Source of the DNA: Polyangiaceae bacterium
GTDB taxonomy: Bacteria > Myxococcota_A > Polyangia > Polyangiales > Polyangiaceae
Assembly: GCA_033763455.1 (NCBI GenBank)
Contig: JANRKO010000028.1
Coordinates: 1 to 64,000 of the forward strand
DNA: 64,000 nt
Direction: 5' to 3'
Part shown: piece by piece, positions 38,454 through 49,654 of the stretch
Layout of the letters: every line of letters begins with the position of its first letter
How positions within the stretch are numbered: the stretch's first letter is position 1
The notes under the pieces: model-generated
The model's database searches: none
What the model was told of the DNA's origin: nothing
What the model saw: only the letters and a program-made list of their open reading frames with translations
Translations under genes and position numbers: made by a program

Positions 38454-40360
38454 CAACGGGGGAGAGGGGGCCGGGGTTAGCGCAAATTCTTCGTGATCGG
38501 CTGCGCGAGGGTGGCATCGACCCAGAGTCTACCCCGGATGCAGCAGGCTTTAAGCGTGCGCTCTTGGTGATGGAAGCCTTGTTGCATGAACGAAGCCTTG
38601 TTGGCCCAAACTCGGACGAAGCCGAACGGTTAAGAATTGGCGGGCCACGCACAGCGCGGCCGAATCCATTTGCCGAGCTTCCGACCTTGTTTTCCACGCT
38701 GAGCCACGAGCTCAGAACGCCCATGACGGTGGTCATGGGGGCGCTGGAGCTGCTCGGCGAGCGGCGGCTTGGTAGCGACGATCAAACGATCGTTCAGAAC
38801 GCTCACGCTGCCGGTAAACAACTTGTCCACGTTGTGGACAATATCTTGCAGTTCGCCACGCTGCAGTACGGCGCCCTGGAGCTTCAGCCTGAACAGTTTG
38901 ATCTTGCGGCAGCTATCGAGAAGATCGCTGCCGGTTACCGTGCCCAGGCGAAAGCTCGAAAACTGGATTTTTCGCTGGATTTGGATCCTGAGCTTCCGGC
39001 CGCAGTGTTCGCCGATTCGGGACGGGTAGAACAGGTTCTCCGTGAACTCGTAGACAACGCGTTCAAGTTTACTTTCGATGGCGGGATCCGTGTTTCGGTG
39101 CGGGCACCCGTGACGAACGGCTCTGCGCGCCTGGAATTTACGGTGGAAGATGATGGAGTTGGCATTGGCGAGGGTGCCAAAGCGCGCATGTTTCGCCCGT
39201 TTTCTCAGGGCGATCCGTCGTCGACGCGCCGTTTCGGCGGAACCGGGCTCGGGCTCGTCGTGGCACAGCGCTTGACCGAAATGATGGGTGGCGAGATGGG
39301 TTTTTCCTCGGAGCTCGGTCAGGGGAGTCGATTTTGGTTCTGGATCCCACTGGTGGGGCTCGGAGCATCGCTCACTGCCCCGCGCACCGTGACGCAAGTC
39401 AGCCCCAGTTCAATTGGACTCAGGCTCGAAGGCGACCGCAGTTCGCGCAAGATCTTGGTAGCTGACGACAACCCCTTCAATCGAGAGCTCGTGCTGCGAG
39501 CGCTTCAAGGTTATTCCGACGTGGTTGTGGTGGGCACGGGTAAGGACGCCGTGGATGCGGTCATGCACGGTAGATTCGGGTTGGTTCTCATGGATTGCCA
39601 GATGCCAGACATGGACGGGCTTGAGGCAACCCGTCACATTCGTGCCGCGCTTCTGGATGACTACGTGCCGATCGTGGCCCTTACGGCGAACGCGATGCCC
39701 GGAGATCGCCAGCGGTGTGTAGCGGCTGGTATGGACGATTACCTGGCCAAGCCGTTTGATTTAGAGACATTGCGCGCCGTTGTGAGTCGCTATGTGGGCC
39801 CCTCTCACGTCACTCAATCCGCTGAAACGCTTCCGCCGCTTGGCGAGCGCAGACCCGTGCCGACTGCGGCGAAACTCGTTCTGGCCAGGCAGCTCCAAGT
39901 TCACTCGGCCCCAAAAATTACCGATACCCCCGCGGATTCGAAGGCCCCGGCTCAGACGGGCGTGATCCCTGTCGATCTCAGTCGCTTGCAACAACTGAGT
40001 GAAGAAGCGGGCTCGCAAGATCTGGTGGTGGAGCTTTCAGAGATCTTTGTAAGTGACACCGAGCAGCGCCTGGCACTGATTACCGATGCGCTCAGTCGAG
40101 AAGACTTTCAGGCAGTCGCCCGAAGTGCCCACACGGTGAAAGGTGCGGCTGGTAGCTTCGGTGCACCTGAGGTAGCGGAGCTTGCGACGAGCTTAGAAGC
40201 CTTTGCGAAAAACTACGATGAGTTGCAGGTGGCGCGGACGCTCGCCGAGCTGAAGCAGGAGTTTGCGAGGGTGGCGCACTACCTGGCTACAGTGGTGCTA
40301 CCTGGGCCAAGTGATACCATGCCGTCGCCCAAGGTACCGAGCATGCGAAGCCGCGGCTGA
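38450..40360 (+). CDS. Hybrid histidine kinase (HisKA, HATPase, receiver, HPt) with no evident sensor domain
   Basis: LSHELRTPM, NAFKFT, GGTGLGL, MDCQMP, AHTVKGAA. Confidence 0.93.
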   Translation: MTTGERGPGLAQILRDRLREGGIDPESTPDAAGFKRALLVMEALLHERSLVGPNSDEAERLRIGGPRTARPNPFAELPTLFSTLSHELRTPMTVVMGALELLGERRLGSDDQTIVQNAHAAGKQLVHVVDNILQFATLQYGALELQPEQFDLAAAIEKIAAGYRAQAKARKLDFSLDLDPELPAAVFADSGRVEQVLRELVDNAFKFTFDGGIRVSVRAPVTNGSARLEFTVEDDGVGIGEGAKARMFRPFSQGDPSSTRRFGGTGLGLVVAQRLTEMMGGEMGFSSELGQGSRFWFWIPLVGLGASLTAPRTVTQVSPSSIGLRLEGDRSSRKILVADDNPFNRELVLRALQGYSDVVVVGTGKDAVDAVMHGRFGLVLMDCQMPDMDGLEATRHIRAALLDDYVPIVALTANAMPGDRQRCVAAGMDDYLAKPFDLETLRAVVSRYVGPSHVTQSAETLPPLGERRPVPTAAKLVLARQLQVHSAPKITDTPADSKAPAQTGVIPVDLSRLQQLSEEAGSQDLVVELSEIFVSDTEQRLALITDALSREDFQAVARSAHTVKGAAGSFGAPEVAELATSLEAFAKNYDELQVARTLAELKQEFARVAHYLATVVLPGPSDTMPSPKVPSMRSRG

Positions 40361-40406
40361 ACACACACACGGTGACGCTCCACTTTTTCTCGGGGCGCCA
40401 ACGTGT

Positions 40407-43400
40407 TCACGCATCGTTGAGCCATTGGCTCGGGGGCGCCGAACGTGGGCCGGCCAAAGCCGCAAGCGAGTTCATCACGTATTCCGAGCGACGCATGCCA
40501 ACGAGCACCGAACACACGCCCGGCTGGCTCAGGAGTGTGGCTATGGCGAGCTGGCCCAGGTCGAGTGATTGAGCCATGCTGCCAAAACGCGGCTCCAGCT
40601 TTTTACGAATGTCTGCTGTGATTTCGTTACTGCGAGCATTGCAAAGCTGTTCCAATGCGCCCAGCGCCTGGCCCAAGCGCGCTCGGTAGCGGGGGAACCA
40701 TACCGCGAAGCGCTGGTGCGCCTCACCTTGTAGCACTTTGGTGAGGGAGAGCTTTAGCTGCCCGACATGCGGCTCAATGACCGTACGACGAAGGTCGAGA
40801 AACTGGTGCCGTGTGGCGAGACGCCCATGGGCCTCTTTCAGCCCAACTGCCCAGTTGAAGAGATGTTTGGGCATCTTGCCGTCTGGATTGGTAAGCCCTG
40901 GGGCAATGCGGTCGGTGAATTCGAGCTCAAGTGCGCGTAGCTGCTCCAAGGCTTCGGTGAAGCTTGGCGAGCCCTCGGGGGCGCGTGGGATGTCCGCAAT
41001 GCGAAGCAGGCCGAATTCTGTAATGGCGTTGAGAGGGCGGTTGGTGAGTACGGCGAGCCCGAGTTGCCGTGCTTTATCGATTACGCTTGACCCGTTGTGA
41101 ACATCTCGAGTGGCTGCCTCGTGTTCCACAACGTTAAACGGGAACTCCATGACTCGAAAATGGTGGCTCGCTCCTCCCGCCGCAACGGCTGCCTTGTAGA
41201 ATTTCTCGACATCTGTGGCTTCTGCGTCGGTGCGTGGGCGCGCTACTGTATTGCTTGAAACGCCATAAAAACGCAGCCTTCCCCGCGAAACCTCTCGCTC
41301 CAGCTGGGCGAAAGCCGCCTCTATGCGGCGATAGAATTCGCTCTGCGCCGAGAGCAGCGCGAGCCCAGAGCGCTTCGCTTGGGAGAGATAATATTCCGGA
41401 TTGTGGAGGAGATACCCATCGAGTGTGGATAGACCTAAACGCGTGAGAGAGGCGGTGAGTTGCTCCTCAATCCACGTCGGATGAATTGAATGCCAGAGGT
41501 CATCCGCATGTTCGACCATTTCGGGAAAACTCGCCCCCGCTTGCCGGCGCGCTTTGACGATCTCCAGGGCTTCGCCCTGGGCGTACCCAACTTTGGACAC
41601 TACGATGATCTCTTCGCGTTTGAGCTCGTGGGTATCCACCAATTGATGCAGCACATCGCCTACCAGGCGTTCGCTCGAGCCCTCGGTGTAAGTAGATGAT
41701 GTGTCGATCAAATTCACCCCACTTTTAAGCGCAAGCGTGAGCGCTTCTCGCTCGGATTCGTCGCTGTGGCGTACTCGGTAGCCCCCAAAGCCGAGACGGC
41801 AAGCGCTGAGCCCGGCAAGCTGCTCGTAGGCACCGGGGCCGAAAGAAGCAGTGAAGAGCTCCGCGTAGATTCTGGTTTGCTCCGGTGTTGCGAAGCCTTG
41901 AAGAGGCACGCGTAGGGGCTTTTCGCGGGTGGGTGCTCCAACTCCGCGCGAAAGTGCGGCAGCCACCTCTTTTGGATTCACAAGCGGGGATTGGCAGGTG
42001 AAATTTTGGCAGACATAGAGCGCCGGCTGTTCGGCACGTGCGCCCTTGGGCTCAGGGCCAGCAACCGGCTTCTTGCCGCGGAGAAGCGGCGTAGTGAGCG
42101 AACTTCCCTGAAGCTGCCAGCCGATCACACGGTTTGGTAAGTAGAGCTTGGCGAGTTCGCGTAGGAAGGGCTCAGCAGAAGTGCGATCTTCGGCGGCTAA
42201 CACTAGCTGTGCGCTTGGCGTAAAGTGGCGTTCGAGCGCAGAGAGGGACGAGGCAAATGCGCGAGGAGAACGCTCGATGCTTTGCCCATACGCTAGGAGT
42301 GCCTGTTTTGCCGCCTCCGAAAAATCTTCTCGATCGAGGTGTTCCCCCAGCCGGCCGAGAGCCAAGGCTGCTGTGGCATTGGCATTGGGTAGCGCAGAAT
42401 CATGCCCTTCGCGCAATCGCACCACGAGCGGAACTTCGCCGTGTGCTGTGTGAAAAAATGCCCCTCCGGTATCATCTCCAAAATCACTGACCAGGCGATC
42501 CAAGAGCGCTGTTGCCCAACGCAAGTGCTCTTCGTTTCCGGACGCCTCGTATAAAGTGATCAACGCATCCCCGAGGAAGGCGTAATCTTCCAAGTAGGCG
42601 TGGAGGTGCGCGCGCCCCAACCGGTACGTGCGAAAAAGGCCGCCGTCGGGGCGACGCAGACTCTTGAACAAGAAGCTTTGAGCTCGCTCCGCTGAGTCCA
42701 AATAACGTGCGTCCCCTAGAACGCGATAACCCTCTGCCATGGCGCTTATCATGAGCGCATTCCACGAAACGAGGATCTTGTCGTCGAGAAGCGGCGGTAT
42801 TCGTTGTTGCCGCGCGGCATACACGCGCTCTCGTGCGGTTTTCAGTAGTTGACTAAATTCGCTATCTTCAAGGCCCAAGGCTTCTGCCACCGCGGCCCGC
42901 GGGCGGGGTGTGTGAAGGATGTTTTTCCCCTCCCAGTTCCCTTCTGGCCTCACCGCATAATATTCACAGAAAACTCGCGCTTCCTCAGTAGTGAGCAGGG
43001 CCTTGAGCTCAGCCTCGGCCCATACGAAGTACTTTCCCTCTTCGCCTTCACTGTCAGCATCGGTTGCCGAAAAATAACCCCCTTCAGCGCCTTGCATTTC
43101 GGCAAGCACATAATCCAGCGTCTCCTGGGCAATTCGCGCAAATTCGGGATTCTGAGTTGCCTGAAAGGCTTCAAGATACACGCGCGCAAGGAGCGCGTTG
43201 TCGTACAGCATCTTTTCGAAGTGGGGTAAAAACCAGCGTTCGTCCGTGGAGTAACGTGCAAAACCACCCGCCAGGTGGTCATACATGCCGCCACGGCTCA
43301 TGGCTTCGAGGGTGGCTTCCACCATATGGAGAGCCTTTGGATTCTGCGTGCGGTAGTGTTCCTGCAGCAGGAACGAAAGCAAAGAAGAAGGAGGAAATTT

Positions 43401-44021
43401 GGGCGCCGTGCCAAAGCCGCCCCAGGTTTCATCGAAGCTGGCCTCAAGCTGTTGTACGGCGCGATCAAACGAGGCTCGTTCGATCGGCAACGGCCGAGCA
43501 ACGGCCGCCGCTTTCTGCAGATGCTGGGTGAGCTCCTCAGCGTTAGATATGAGCTTTGGGCGGTCGCTCTGCCAAAGCTCGGCGATGCGGGAAAGCAGCG
43601 TCTTGAAGCCAGGCCTACCCCACTTATCTTCCTTGGGAAAATAGGTTCCCGCGAAGAACGGACGCTGATCCGGCGTGAGGAAAACCGTCATCGGCCAGCC
43701 GCCACTGCCGTTGAGGGCGAGCGTGGCCGCCATGTAGAGCTCATCGATGTCTGGGCGTTCTTCGCGATCTACCTTGATACAGACGAAGTGTTCGTTCATC
43801 AGGTTCGCTACCTCCCCATCCTCGAAACACTCATGCTCCATGACGTGGCACCAGTGGCAAGCTGCGTAACCGATACTGAGCAACAGCGGGCGATCCTCGC
43901 TCCTGGCTCTGGCCAGGGCTTCTTCGCTCCAAGGGAACCAATCCACCGGGTTGTGCTGATGCTGTAGGAGGTAGGGGCTGGTCTCGCGTGCCAAGCGGTT
44001 CATAGCTTTGGTGTCCGTCAC
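40407..44021 (-). CDS. YyaL/SSP411-type thioredoxin-domain protein fused to an aldo/keto reductase domain
   Basis: [33 protein letters not shown]; then LGFGGYR, IDTSSTY, SKVG, LLHNPE, VLVGMR. Confidence 0.9.
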   Translation of the reverse strand: MTDTKAMNRLARETSPYLLQHQHNPVDWFPWSEEALARARSEDRPLLLSIGYAACHWCHVMEHECFEDGEVANLMNEHFVCIKVDREERPDIDELYMAATLALNGSGGWPMTVFLTPDQRPFFAGTYFPKEDKWGRPGFKTLLSRIAELWQSDRPKLISNAEELTQHLQKAAAVARPLPIERASFDRAVQQLEASFDETWGGFGTAPKFPPSSLLSFLLQEHYRTQNPKALHMVEATLEAMSRGGMYDHLAGGFARYSTDERWFLPHFEKMLYDNALLARVYLEAFQATQNPEFARIAQETLDYVLAEMQGAEGGYFSATDADSEGEEGKYFVWAEAELKALLTTEEARVFCEYYAVRPEGNWEGKNILHTPRPRAAVAEALGLEDSEFSQLLKTARERVYAARQQRIPPLLDDKILVSWNALMISAMAEGYRVLGDARYLDSAERAQSFLFKSLRRPDGGLFRTYRLGRAHLHAYLEDYAFLGDALITLYEASGNEEHLRWATALLDRLVSDFGDDTGGAFFHTAHGEVPLVVRLREGHDSALPNANATAALALGRLGEHLDREDFSEAAKQALLAYGQSIERSPRAFASSLSALERHFTPSAQLVLAAEDRTSAEPFLRELAKLYLPNRVIGWQLQGSSLTTPLLRGKKPVAGPEPKGARAEQPALYVCQNFTCQSPLVNPKEVAAALSRGVGAPTREKPLRVPLQGFATPEQTRIYAELFTASFGPGAYEQLAGLSACRLGFGGYRVRHSDESEREALTLALKSGVNLIDTSSTYTEGSSERLVGDVLHQLVDTHELKREEIIVVSKVGYAQGEALEIVKARRQAGASFPEMVEHADDLWHSIHPTWIEEQLTASLTRLGLSTLDGYLLHNPEYYLSQAKRSGLALLSAQSEFYRRIEAAFAQLEREVSRGRLRFYGVSSNTVARPRTDAEATDVEKFYKAAVAAGGASHHFRVMEFPFNVVEHEAATRDVHNGSSVIDKARQLGLAVLTNRPLNAITEFGLLRIADIPRAPEGSPSFTEALEQLRALELEFTDRIAPGLTNPDGKMPKHLFNWAVGLKEAHGRLATRHQFLDLRRTVIEPHVGQLKLSLTKVLQGEAHQRFAVWFPRYRARLGQALGALEQLCNARSNEITADIRKKLEPRFGSMAQSLDLGQLAIATLLSQPGVCSVLVGMRRSEYVMNSLAALAGPRSAPPSQWLNDA

Positions 44022-44248
44022 TTAACCTACGTAAGCCCACACGCTCACCGATGCAAGATGGAGTGTGCAGCTCACCGTAATAGGAAGTCAGAGTGTGCTT
44101 AGCGAGTAGATCCACTCAGTAAACTTGCGTGGGCGCGGCATATTTTTGGCGTTTGTTGTACCGCAAAACCTATTCTTAGAAGGACGCCCGGCCGCTCATT
44201 CTTCACGGCTGCTCGCTGTATGCGGCTTGGTGTGTCCAAAGGAATCAG

Positions 44249-47200
44249 ATGTCGATGAAACGTGGCCTAGTCTCCGGGTTGTGTGCGATCTCATTGGCCG
44301 CCATTTTGGTTGCAGCGTGTAGTTCTGGTGGCGGAGCAGGTGAGGCCACCGGACCGTTGGACGCGAACGGTGCAGGTGGAAGCGGCGCGAGCGAGCCGAG
44401 CAATCCGAATGGCAGCGGGCTTGTGCCGGGGTTTGACTTTGGCAATGGCACCCAAGGTGGGCAAGGTGGCGTTGGCAATGGCAATGGCAATGGTGGCGCC
44501 GCAGGCGTGACGAGTATTTGTGGAGATTCCGTGATCGAAACGGATGAAGCTTGCGACGACGGCAATGCCCGTCCCGGAGACGGCTGCTCATCGGTGTGCA
44601 CGGTGGAGCCTTTCTTTAATTGCCCAGGAGCTGGTCAGGCGTGCGTATCAACAATTGTCTGCGGCAACGGCACGCTCGAAGGAAGTGAAGGCTGTGACGA
44701 CGGCCAGAGCCCACCCATGAGCGGAGACGGCTGCGCGAATTCATGCCAAGTGGAATTCGGCTTTGCGTGCGGTACTCCGGGGCAACCGTGCGTTGCGGTG
44801 GACACCGCAGTGTGCGGTGACGGGCTCATCAATATCGGAGAAACCTGCGATGATGCGCAGAATCCTCCCGTGAACGGTGACGGCTGTTCTAGCACCTGCA
44901 CTATCGAACCAGGCTATTCCTGCCCCACCCCCGGAGCGGCGTGTTCGGTGGTGGCTTTTTGCGGCAACGGCGCCACGTCTAGCGGTGAAGAGTGCGACGA
45001 TTCGAACACTTCGCCGGGTGATGGTTGCGATGGCACCTGCCACAAGGAGTCATTCTTTGACTGCCCCGCGCAAGGCGGAGCTTGTTCCTCGCAGATTGTG
45101 TGCGGTGACTTGCGCGTTGTCGGGGACGAAGAGTGCGACGACGGGATGGTGGGCAATGTTGCCGTGGGCGCTGACGGTTGTTCGGCGCTGTGCAAAATTG
45201 AGGCGAATTTCAGCTGCCCGGCGGATCTCGGAGTAGGCGGCCCCTGCACGGCGATTCCAGCGGACGCTTGTGGGGACGGAAAACTTTCGTTTGGTGAATT
45301 CTGCGATGACGGGAACCTGAACCCTGCTGACGGTTGCACCGAAAAGTGCGAGGTTACGCCCGGCTACAATTGCCCCACGGCCAACGCCGCGTGTTCACTG
45401 CTTGAATATTGTGGGGACGGAAAAGTTAGCCCTGCGCTAGGTGAACAATGCGACGACGGGCAGGCCATGCCAAGCAATAGTGACGGTTGCTCCAGCACCT
45501 GCCAGGCAGAAGCAGGATTTATTTGCGCCGTTGCCGGCCAGGCGTGTGTCGCTGAGGTTTGCGGTGATGGAATTCGCACCGCGGGCGAAGAGTGCGACGA
45601 TCACAACTCCTCTAATAGCGATGGTTGCAGCTCTGCTTGCGATCTGGAAGCAGGCTTCACCTGCCCTTTGCCGAATGCGAGCTGCTTGCCCCGCTGTGGA
45701 GATGGTCAGCTTAAAGGCTACGAAACGTGCGAGGATGGCAACACCACAAGTGGCGATGGTTGCAGCGCAGCGTGCTTGGTTGAGCCGGGGTATTTCTGCC
45801 CAACGTTGAACGCTAGCTGCACCATGGCCACCTGCGGCAATGGAGTGAAGGAGGGTGATGAGCCCTGCGACGACGGAAATCAGGTAAGCGGGGATGGCTG
45901 CACCCCGGCGTGCATTCCAGAGCCCACTTTCACGAACGGTGTAGCGAATACCGTCTGTGGCGATGGCGCCAAAGTCAGCAGTGAAGCGTGCGATGACGGC
46001 AACCTTGTGAGCGGGGACGGATGTAGCTCAACGTGCACGCTAGAGGCGGGATTCAGCTGCGTTCTGGTCAAGGACGATCCAGCGTCGGTGACACTTCCGA
46101 TCACCCTTCGGGATTTCTTGGACTACCAAACAGTGGATGGGCACCCTGATTTCGAACAATTCAATGGCACGGACAAGCAAATTCCAGGGGAGGTTTGCAC
46201 CACTGCCAATGCAAATACGTGCGCACAACTGAATGCGCAGGGAGTGCCGGTGCTGAACAGCAGCGAAGCTGATCCGACGATCACTAACGCGGCCAGCTAC
46301 GCCAAGTGGTACACAGACGTGGCTTCAGGGGCAGGCAAGAACGTCAAGATCGTCGACACGATTGCGCTCACCAGGCTCAGCGCTGGCACGTACGAGTACA
46401 ACAACAGCAGCTTCTTCCCCTTGGATGGCAAGGCACTCGGCAATCAAGGCCGAGCGCACAACTTCCACTTCACCTCGGTGGTGCGCCATTACTTTCAGTA
46501 CCAGGGCGGCGAGAAGCTCACATTCGCGGGCGACGACGACGTCTGGGTGTTCGTGAATGGCCGCCTTGCGCTCGATTTGGGCGGAGTGCACGGGGTGCAG
46601 AGCGGTAACTTCACGCTAGGCGACGAGAACGCGAACAATACGTACAGTGTTACCGAAATGGCGGACACCACGGACGACCGCTTCGCTATTACCAAAGGTG
46701 CACTCTATCAGATTACCCTGTTTCACGCGGAGCGCCACACTACCCAGTCGAACTTCAGGTTAACTCTAGCGAACTTCATTCTTGGGCGCTCCGTCTGTAC
46801 ACCCCAATGTGGCGATGGCATCATCGTGCGCGGCGAGGTTTGCGACGATGGCGCCAACAACACCAACAATACCTACGGCGTTTGCGATACCACCTGCTCT
46901 GCAAAACAATTTTGCGGCGACGGACAGGTGAACGGCAGCGAGCAGTGCGATAACGGCCTCAACCTCACTACCTATAGCTTGACACCGAATGCGTGTGCCC
47001 CAGGCTGTGTGTATGCGCCCTATTGCGGCGATGGGCAGCTCGCTTTGGGCGTCGAGAAGTGTGACGACGGAATGAGCAACGCTAACAACGTCTACGGCGT
47101 TTGCAATACTACGTGCCAGGCGAAGCAATTCTGTGGCGACGGCATCGTTACGGGCAGTGAGTCTTGCGATCAGGGGCAATTGAATGGCACCTCGCTGAGC

Positions 47201-48070
47201 ACGTGCCAGAATGATTGCAAGCCGAAGTGTGGCAACGGGGTTCTCGACGCGGGTGAACAGTGCGACGATGGCACTCTGAACAACACCGGTGGATACGGCA
47301 AGTGTAAGTCGACGTGCGTTCTAGATACCCGCTGCGGCGACGGCATTCCGCAAAATGCAAGCGGCGAACAGTGCGACGATGGCAAAAACGACGGCACCTA
47401 TGGCACCTGCGCTCCGCTGTGTGTATTGGGTCCCCGCTGCGGTGACGGCACCATCCAGCCGACCGCAGGGGAGACATGCGATTTAGGTGTTGCGAACAAC
47501 ACCCAAGCGTATGGCCCGCAACTGTGCACCACGCAGTGCAAAGCGGCTCCATTCTGCGGTGACAAGCAGGTGAATGGGGACCACGGCGAAGGCTGTGACG
47601 ATGGCGTGAACAGTGGCCTCCCTGGCTCTTGCAAAACAGACTGCAGTGGTTGGGTGCAACTCGCCGGCTGCGGCGATGGTGTGAAGGCTGCGAACGAAGC
47701 GTGTGATGCAGGGGCTGCCAACGGCACGGCCCAGAGCATGTGCGATGGGCGTTGTCGCATCAAGTGTGGCAACGGAGTTGTCGACACCGGCGAAGAGTGC
47801 GACGACGGCAAGAACACTGGCGCGTATGGAACCTGCAAGAGTGACTGCAAATTGGCTCCCTATTGCGGCGACAACCACGCCGATACTCCGCCCGAACAGT
47901 GCGACCTGGGCGACATGAACCAAGCTAGCCCATATGGCCCCAACAAGTGCACACTTGCCTGCAAAGCAGCTCCATTTTGCGGCGACGGGCGCATTCAATC
48001 GCCCACCGAGCAGTGCGACAACATGGTTGGCTGCGACAATGCCACCTGCACGTGGAAGGTCGTCAAGTAG
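44249..48070 (+). CDS. Lipoprotein with Myxococcus Cys-rich (DUF4215-like) repeats and a central fibro-slime (PA14-like) domain
   Basis: LVAAC lipobox; 23 CG(D/N)...E.CD repeats; FFPLD...HNFHFT...GDDDVWVFVNG..ALDLGGVH...FHAER. Confidence 0.92.
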   Translation: MSMKRGLVSGLCAISLAAILVAACSSGGGAGEATGPLDANGAGGSGASEPSNPNGSGLVPGFDFGNGTQGGQGGVGNGNGNGGAAGVTSICGDSVIETDEACDDGNARPGDGCSSVCTVEPFFNCPGAGQACVSTIVCGNGTLEGSEGCDDGQSPPMSGDGCANSCQVEFGFACGTPGQPCVAVDTAVCGDGLINIGETCDDAQNPPVNGDGCSSTCTIEPGYSCPTPGAACSVVAFCGNGATSSGEECDDSNTSPGDGCDGTCHKESFFDCPAQGGACSSQIVCGDLRVVGDEECDDGMVGNVAVGADGCSALCKIEANFSCPADLGVGGPCTAIPADACGDGKLSFGEFCDDGNLNPADGCTEKCEVTPGYNCPTANAACSLLEYCGDGKVSPALGEQCDDGQAMPSNSDGCSSTCQAEAGFICAVAGQACVAEVCGDGIRTAGEECDDHNSSNSDGCSSACDLEAGFTCPLPNASCLPRCGDGQLKGYETCEDGNTTSGDGCSAACLVEPGYFCPTLNASCTMATCGNGVKEGDEPCDDGNQVSGDGCTPACIPEPTFTNGVANTVCGDGAKVSSEACDDGNLVSGDGCSSTCTLEAGFSCVLVKDDPASVTLPITLRDFLDYQTVDGHPDFEQFNGTDKQIPGEVCTTANANTCAQLNAQGVPVLNSSEADPTITNAASYAKWYTDVASGAGKNVKIVDTIALTRLSAGTYEYNNSSFFPLDGKALGNQGRAHNFHFTSVVRHYFQYQGGEKLTFAGDDDVWVFVNGRLALDLGGVHGVQSGNFTLGDENANNTYSVTEMADTTDDRFAITKGALYQITLFHAERHTTQSNFRLTLANFILGRSVCTPQCGDGIIVRGEVCDDGANNTNNTYGVCDTTCSAKQFCGDGQVNGSEQCDNGLNLTTYSLTPNACAPGCVYAPYCGDGQLALGVEKCDDGMSNANNVYGVCNTTCQAKQFCGDGIVTGSESCDQGQLNGTSLSTCQNDCKPKCGNGVLDAGEQCDDGTLNNTGGYGKCKSTCVLDTRCGDGIPQNASGEQCDDGKNDGTYGTCAPLCVLGPRCGDGTIQPTAGETCDLGVANNTQAYGPQLCTTQCKAAPFCGDKQVNGDHGEGCDDGVNSGLPGSCKTDCSGWVQLAGCGDGVKAANEACDAGAANGTAQSMCDGRCRIKCGNGVVDTGEECDDGKNTGAYGTCKSDCKLAPYCGDNHADTPPEQCDLGDMNQASPYGPNKCTLACKAAPFCGDGRIQSPTEQCDNMVGCDNATCTWKVVK

Positions 48071-48126
48071 GCCACGGCACGCTCGAGCGAATGAGTTGCT
48101 CTAGGCGTCAGCGCCCAACTATCAAG

Positions 48127-49386
48127 CTAGCGGCCAACGACCAACACATGTTCACGTCGCGGACGAGTCTGGAATGCACGGCCCGAAGGCCCGTGAAAAT
48201 TCGGCCGTGCTTGCGATGCCTGGGCCAGCAATCGAAGGCTGACCTGGGGAGCCAGGCTTGCGACGAGATCGTCCGCAAACACCGCATCGGGGCCGAGCGC
48301 ACTATCGGCGATAATAAGTGCCGCAAGCCCGCGCGGTTTCAGTACGCGACGCATTTGAGTCAGCACTCGAATCAGATCGCGCGTCCAGGCTAGACGCGCC
48401 TTTTCCGGAGGGAGCTGGCTCAGGTGTCGACGAGCGCCTATCTCTTGATCATCGAAGCTGTTTTTCAGGCCCAGCCAACGCAAGCGTAGCTCGTGGTGCG
48501 CCTGGTAATCGTAGACTCCGGCGTAAGGGGGAGAGGTAACGATGAGATCTGCCCACTCATTCTCCACGGGCTCCAGCGTTCGAGCGTCGCCCACATTGCC
48601 ACGGGCAGGAGGCGCTTTTGGCGGCAAGAGTTCTCGATAGGCGGAGAGGCGCTGGCACAGCTCCTCCACCTTCTGGTGAAAGAATCGAATGGTAAAACCC
48701 GTCGCGAGGCGGCGGCCAGTAGCCACACGGGTAACGCTGTCTTGGGGGCTTCGACTCACTTTGCCGAGAACGGCAGACAGCACGAGCAAGAGTGCTCGGC
48801 GGCAATCGGCATCCCGAACTTGAGAGATGCCGAGCTTTAGACCATCGAGCTCAAACAAGACGTGGATGTCGAAATCTTTGCGTTCATGCGGCGAATAAAG
48901 TCGCGTGGGGCCCGCCTTCGACTCGCGCCGCTGCTCGGCAAGCATGGCCACGCTTTGCCCAGCATGCATCAGTCGATCGAGGAACGCGTCGGTTGGGCCG
49001 AGTGTTTTTAACCAGCTGAGCTCCAGCGCGAGGGGGTTGGCATCTACGCCGAAGCAATAGTGCCCGAGCAAACGACCCTCGGCGAGGACCGTGCCGCTGC
49101 CGCAAAAAGGATCCAGAAGGTTCCCTGCTTTGTGAGGCATGAGCCCTGAGATCAAGCGTGAGGCTGTAACCGGGTGAAGGCGCGCGGTATAAGTGTGAAA
49201 CCCGTGAACGTGGACCATGCTGGCCTTTTCATCAGGCACCACGTTGAGGGCACTCTTGAGCACGGAGCAGATCTGAGCCTCACCGTGGGCGACAACGGCA
49301 CCACCGATGTTGCTGAGCGCCTTGCGAGGCTCCTTTTCCTCGGGCGGAGGCGGAGCGATGGGGGCCACAGGTTTTTTCTTACTCAT
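48127..49386 (-). CDS. SAM-dependent amino-methyltransferase, probably N4-cytosine DNA methyltransferase
   Basis: HGFHTY, DPFCGSGT (motif I) preceding TSPPY (motif IV). Confidence 0.8.
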   Translation of the reverse strand: MSKKKPVAPIAPPPPEEKEPRKALSNIGGAVVAHGEAQICSVLKSALNVVPDEKASMVHVHGFHTYTARLHPVTASRLISGLMPHKAGNLLDPFCGSGTVLAEGRLLGHYCFGVDANPLALELSWLKTLGPTDAFLDRLMHAGQSVAMLAEQRRESKAGPTRLYSPHERKDFDIHVLFELDGLKLGISQVRDADCRRALLLVLSAVLGKVSRSPQDSVTRVATGRRLATGFTIRFFHQKVEELCQRLSAYRELLPPKAPPARGNVGDARTLEPVENEWADLIVTSPPYAGVYDYQAHHELRLRWLGLKNSFDDQEIGARRHLSQLPPEKARLAWTRDLIRVLTQMRRVLKPRGLAALIIADSALGPDAVFADDLVASLAPQVSLRLLAQASQARPNFHGPSGRAFQTRPRREHVLVVGR

Positions 49387-49654
49387 GTGGAAAAGGATCT
49401 GCTTTTTGGGTGACTTCTAGCGCTGCGGCTTCAAATACGGCTCCTCGGGGCCGGAACGGCAACGGGGCGCTCTGCGATGACTTTGCCACCCGTAGCACGC
49501 TCTCCTACGGCTGAGGAGCGGCCAAAACCCCGGAGTACTCCTGGATCGTGCCCACCTGCGCCCAATTGAGACATTCGTTGAGGCGGGGGCCGCCGTGAGG
49601 GCGCCACCCGCGGAGCTGGCCCGAAGCTCACGCATCACTATACTCCGCGCACTC

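Noticed and set aside
44136..44150. Possible sigma54 site CGGCAT-N5-TGGC upstream of the Cys-repeat gene
   Set aside because: Three mismatches to consensus; likely by chance in GC-rich DNA
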